In this document: one piece after another, positions 60,831-64,000 of the stretch | Layout of the letters: each line of letters opens with the position of its first letter | Numbering within the stretch: the first letter of the stretch is position 1 | Assembly (NCBI GenBank): GCA_050329955.1 | Contig: JBHJOH010000077.1 | Coordinates: forward strand, 14,455-78,454 | Reading direction: 5' to 3' | DNA: 64,000 nt | Origin: Acidimicrobiia bacterium | Lineage (GTDB): Bacteria; Actinomycetota; Acidimicrobiia; Spongiisociales; ZC4RG35 | Position numbers and translations under genes: made by a program | The notes under the pieces: generated by a model | Database searches by the model: none | What the model saw: only the letters and a program-made list of their open reading frames with translations | What the model was told of the DNA's origin: nothing

Positions 60831-60906
60831 TGGTGGGTCGCCCGGGACTTGAACCCGGAACCTGCGGATTAAGAGTCCGTTGCTCTGCCAATTGAGCTAG
60901 CGACCC
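60831..60906 (-). tRNA. tRNA-Lys (anticodon CTT), CCA encoded
   Basis: Reverse complement GGGTCGCTAGCTCAATTGGCAGAGCAACGGACTCTTAATCCGCAGGTTCCGGGTTCAAGTCCCGGGCGACCCACCA. Confidence 0.8.
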
Positions 60907-61010
60907 GGCGAGGAGCTTACTAGCTGCTCGGCTGGGCCAAGTTCGCAGCGATGGCCCCGATGGGCCGAGCCTGCGGTGTCAGGCCTGCGATGTCGAACCG
61001 AAAGGCACGG

Positions 61011-61084
61011 TCGGGATGGCCGGATTCGAACCGGCGGCCCCCTGGTCCCAAACCAGGTGCGCTACCAAGCTGCGCCACATCCCG
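61011..61084 (-). tRNA. tRNA-Pro (anticodon TGG)
   Basis: Reverse complement CGGGATGTGGCGCAGCTTGGTAGCGCACCTGGTTTGGGACCAGG...GGTTCGAATCCGGCCATCCCGA. Confidence 0.8.
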
Positions 61085-61143
61085 TGAAGCAGAAGCGTAC
61101 AGCGTTCCGCACGCTCGCTGGGACGGGTATCCTGAATGACCTT

Positions 61144-61214
61144 GCGGGTGTAGCTCAATGGTAGAGCCCCAGCCTTCCAAGCTGGTCATGAGGGTTCGAT
61201 TCCCTTCACCCGCT
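61144..61214 (+). tRNA. tRNA-Gly (anticodon TCC)
   Basis: GCGGGTGTAGCTCAATGGTAGAGCCCCAGCCTTCCAAGCTGGTCATGAGGGTTCGATTCCCTTCACCCGCT. Confidence 0.8.
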
Positions 61215-61475
61215 CTGATACATCCAGGGGGGTCGACCCCCCTGACCCCCCGCCGGTGCGCGTCAGGAACGGATCGCGGGCTTGGCCGGGGTTGGGGACG
61301 CAACGCGGGATCTGGTTGCCACGTGGTTGAGGTTGAACGGTCAACGGTGAACGGTGAACTCTCCTGCCAGACGACCCCCCTGACCCCCCGCCGGTGCTGG
61401 TCGTGGATTCTTCGCGTTGTGGGCCGGGGGTGTGGACGGGTACGCAGTGCCGTTCCCACGTTCGGTACCTTCCGG

Positions 61476-61540
61476 GCGTTCTGCGTTCTGCGTTCTGCGT
61501 TCTGCGTTCTGCCTCCTGCCTCCTGCCTCCTGCCCCTCCT
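61476..61540. repeat. Heptamer tandem array (GCGTTCT x4, GCCTCCT x3) in the tRNA-Gly/tRNA-Arg spacer
   Basis: Read directly. Confidence 0.7.
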
Positions 61541-61629
61541 ATCCGTCCTCACCCCCCGTCCCGCCGTTCTACACTGTTTCAGGCCCCCTCGGGGGTGCCA
61601 CAGAGATGGGCGGGTTCGCAGGCACTCGT

Positions 61630-61702
61630 GCCCCCGTAGCTCAGGGGATAGAGCAGGAGCCTTCTAAGCTCTTGGTCGGGGGTTCGAATCCCTCCGGGGG
61701 CG
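61630..61702 (+). tRNA. tRNA-Arg (anticodon TCT)
   Basis: GCCCCCGTAGCTCAGGGGATAGAGCAGGAGCCTTCTAAGCTCTTGGTCGGGGGTTCGAATCCCTCCGGGGGCG. Confidence 0.8.
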
Positions 61703-61750
61703 CTGCGAATCGACCCGGAACAGTCGCACAACCTTGCGACAAAAACACAT

Positions 61751-61829
61751 GGTGGCCGTAGCTCAGCTCGGTTAGAGCGCCAGGTTGTGGCCCTGGAGGT
61801 CGGGGGTTCAAGTCCCCTCGGTCACCCCA
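61751..61829 (+). tRNA. tRNA-His (anticodon GTG) with G-1 and encoded CCA
   Basis: gGTGGCCGTAGCTCAGCTCGGTTAGAGCGCCAGGTTGTGGCCCTGGAGGTCGGGGGTTCAAGTCCCCTCGGTCACCCCA. Confidence 0.8.
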
Positions 61830-61831
61830 CG

Positions 61832-61862
61832 CGCCCGGGAGGTATCCCCTCCCGGGCGTATG
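61832..61862 (+). terminator. 11-bp GC hairpin CGCCCGGGAGG-tatcc-CCTCCCGGGCG after tRNA-His
   Basis: Read directly. Confidence 0.5.
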
Positions 61863-61997
61863 TTGCCCACGTTGCGTGGAGCTCCGTCTCCAGCGGGCTG
61901 ACAGCCACCAGATCAACCACAGACCAACCAGCGACCATCCAGCAGAGTCCCCGAGAACACCCGGCACGGTTGTTGAGCCGGAGAGTGAGGAACGCAC

Positions 61998-63479
61998 GTG
62001 AGTGTGAATGTGAGTGAGGCCGGCCCGTTCGAGCGGCTGGTGGAGTTCTCGGTCACCGAGGCCGAGATCGACAAGGCCAAGGGCGTCGCCGCTCGCAAGC
62101 TGTCCCAACAGCTCAAGATCCGCGGTTTCCGCCCGGGCAAGGCCCCCCGTCCGATCGTCGAGGCGACGGTCGGTTCCGAGCGTCTTCGTGCCGAGGCAAT
62201 CGACGAGCTGCTCCCTGACAAGGTCGGGAGCGTCCTCGAAGAACTCCAGCTGGATCCGGCCGTCACGCCCGAACTGGAGGCGGTCGACGAGGTCGACGAC
62301 GGCGTCGGCGTCAAGGTCCGGGTCACGCTGTGGCCGGAGCTTTCCAGCGTCCCCGGTCACGAAGGTCGCACGGTCGACGTCGGCTCACCGGACATCACCG
62401 ACGAGGAGATGGCCGATCAGATCGACCGTATCCGTGACCAGTTCGCCGAGTTGGGCGAGGCGGGGAGGCCGGCGGAGGTTGGAGACTTCCTCACGATCGA
62501 CATCTCGGCCACCAGCGACGGCGAGGACGTGCCCGAGGCCTCCGCCGCTCAGATCATGTACGAGCTGGGCAATGCCGGGTTCATCGTGGGTATCGACGAG
62601 ACTCTGATCGGCGCCGAGCCCGGCGGCGTGTTCGTCTTCGACGGTCCGCTCCCCGAAGGTTTCGGCGAGTTGGCCGGCATGCCCGTCACCTACGGCATCA
62701 CTGTGACGGCCGTCCAGGCCAAGGTTCTCCCCGAGCTGACCGATGAGTGGGTCGCCGAGATCACCGAGTTCTCGTCGATTGCCGAGCTCGAGGTCAATCT
62801 CGAGGAGCGGATGGGCGACATGAAACGTCGCGCTCTGGCCGGGCGCTTCCGCGAGAAGGCACTCGATCAACTGGTCGCCGAAGTCGAGATCGAACTCCCT
62901 GAGGCGCTGTTGCGGTCGGAGATGGACGAGATACTGCATCGCTTCGTCCAGCGCCTGGAGGGTCAGGGCATCTCGATCGACGACTACTTCTCGGTCGCCG
63001 GTGTGGACCGTGGCGCCTTCATCGCCGACCTTCGATCGCAGGCCGGGCGCTCGATCAGGACCCGCCTGCTGCTCGAAGGCGTAGCGGCCCGTGCAGGCCT
63101 CGAAGTGAGCGACGAGGAGTTGAGCACCGTCATCGAGACGCTGGCGCTCCAGAGCGAGAAACCGGACGCCATGCGCAAGGTGCTCCGGCAGAGCCACCAA
63201 GAAAAGTCTCTGGTCGGTGATATTCTCCGAAACAAGGCACTCGAGGCGATCGTCGCCGGTGCCGCTCCCGTTGACGAAGACGGGAATCCTGTTGAGCTGA
63301 CGGTTGAAGAAGAACCGGACGATGCCGACGGGGAGACGGTGGTGCCGGCGGGTGTGCCGGTGGCCGACTCTGAAGAACTGAATTCGGAAGTTGTGGAATC
63401 GGAAGTCGTGGTCGACGCCGCTGTCGAAGCAGAGGACGTCGCCGAACCGGTCGCTGAGGCCGGATCTGAGGAGGAATGA
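61998..63479 (+). CDS. tig: Trigger factor
   Basis: N-terminal ribosome-binding signature GFRPGKAPR, PPIase and C-terminal domains, acidic tail. Confidence 0.9.
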   Translation: MSVNVSEAGPFERLVEFSVTEAEIDKAKGVAARKLSQQLKIRGFRPGKAPRPIVEATVGSERLRAEAIDELLPDKVGSVLEELQLDPAVTPELEAVDEVDDGVGVKVRVTLWPELSSVPGHEGRTVDVGSPDITDEEMADQIDRIRDQFAELGEAGRPAEVGDFLTIDISATSDGEDVPEASAAQIMYELGNAGFIVGIDETLIGAEPGGVFVFDGPLPEGFGELAGMPVTYGITVTAVQAKVLPELTDEWVAEITEFSSIAELEVNLEERMGDMKRRALAGRFREKALDQLVAEVEIELPEALLRSEMDEILHRFVQRLEGQGISIDDYFSVAGVDRGAFIADLRSQAGRSIRTRLLLEGVAARAGLEVSDEELSTVIETLALQSEKPDAMRKVLRQSHQEKSLVGDILRNKALEAIVAGAAPVDEDGNPVELTVEEEPDDADGETVVPAGVPVADSEELNSEVVESEVVVDAAVEAEDVAEPVAEAGSEEE

Positions 63480-64000
63480 TGCAGGTCGAGGGTTACGTTC
63501 CGGTTCCGTATGTCACCGAGCAGACCAGCCGTGGTGAGCGAACCTACGACATCTACAGTCGTCTACTCAAGGACCGGATCATCTTCCTGGGCACGCCGAT
63601 CGACGACACGGTCGCCAACCTGATCATGGCTCAGATGCTCCACTTGGAGTCCGAGGACCCCGACAAGGACGTGTGGCTGTACATCAACAGCCCCGGCGGT
63701 TCCATCACGTCGCTGTTCGCCATCTACGACACGATGCAGTACATCCGCCCCGAGGTGAACACGGTGTGCATGGGCATGGCTGCTTCCGCGGCCGCCGTCA
63801 TCCTCGCCGGTGGGCAGAAAGGCAAGCGCTTCGCACTGCCCCACGCCCGGGTCATGTTGCACCAGCCGCACGGTGGCGCTCAGGGCCAGGCGACCGACAT
63901 CGAGATCCAGGCCAAGCTCATCATCCAGATGCGTGAGCAGCTCAACCACATCCTCGCCGACCACACCGGTCAGGATTACGAGAAGGTGTCCACCGACACC
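63476..64000 (+). CDS. clpP: ATP-dependent Clp protease proteolytic subunit (3' end beyond the window)
   Basis: [39 protein letters not shown]...[11 protein letters not shown] (catalytic Ser region). ATGA overlap with tig. Confidence 0.9.
   Translation, partial: MMQVEGYVPVPYVTEQTSRGERTYDIYSRLLKDRIIFLGTPIDDTVANLIMAQMLHLESEDPDKDVWLYINSPGGSITSLFAIYDTMQYIRPEVNTVCMGMAASAAAVILAGGQKGKRFALPHARVMLHQPHGGAQGQATDIEIQAKLIIQMREQLNHILADHTGQDYEKVSTDT

Overview
This 64 kb window is high-GC bacterial chromosome that looks like a conserved core region of an actinobacterium (Actinomycetota, possibly an acidimicrobial lineage). The evidence for that placement is synteny with mycobacterial blocks: the LCP-fbiA/fbiB(cofD/cofE)-DUF3499-pmmA...sahH block, the comF-hpf-secA block, and the prfB-ftsE-ftsX-smpB-ssrA block. 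I found no transposase, integrase or CRISPR array. Reading all six frames gives about 60 protein genes, one tmRNA and five tRNAs.

Gene content by coordinate:
- 1-9300: a class A PBP, an acyl-CoA mutase catalytic subunit, an LpdA-like flavoprotein, propionyl-CoA carboxylase (alpha and beta) and BirA.
- 10-13.5 kb: an LCP protein, a nucleotide-sugar dehydrogenase, and the F420 genes cofE and cofD.
- 14.4-25.6 kb: an extracytoplasmic glycan locus (a GT2-membrane fusion, a membrane DUF, four small Cys-motif proteins, a GT-C-like membrane protein, a polyprenyl-phosphate sugar synthase, a Cys-repeat lipoprotein, a phosphomannomutase and Trm112).
- 25.7-37.7 kb: ahcY, comF-hpf, a LuxR response regulator, secA, prfB (with its programmed +1 frameshift visible), ftsEX with an M23 peptidase, and smpB with tmRNA.
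- 38.3-39.8 kb: a hipBA-like module directly downstream of the tmRNA.
- 40-64 kb: tldD-pmbA, a Cas4-like nuclease, an F420-type LLM oxidoreductase, an acyl-CoA dehydrogenase, a MacB-type ABC exporter, pdxH, rph-rdgB, five tRNAs and tig-clpP.

The most unusual thing in the window is non-coding. Tandem heptanucleotide arrays (CGAGCGA, CGAGCTA, TAGCTCG, AGCTGCC, CCAGTAG, CTACGGG, GCGTTCT and similar) sit directly against the stop codons of at least seven genes or operons. Two of them are organised as inverted arrays around a shared 18-mer, which looks like a MITE-type element. Other points worth a look are a perfect 23-bp inverted repeat built from two 13-bp palindromes, a lipoprotein with a new Cys-rich repeat, a likely assembly frameshift in a secreted beta-propeller gene, and repeat-laden tRNA spacers. 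Many long ORFs in the supplied track are antisense shadows of real genes, which is typical for high GC; I rejected those.
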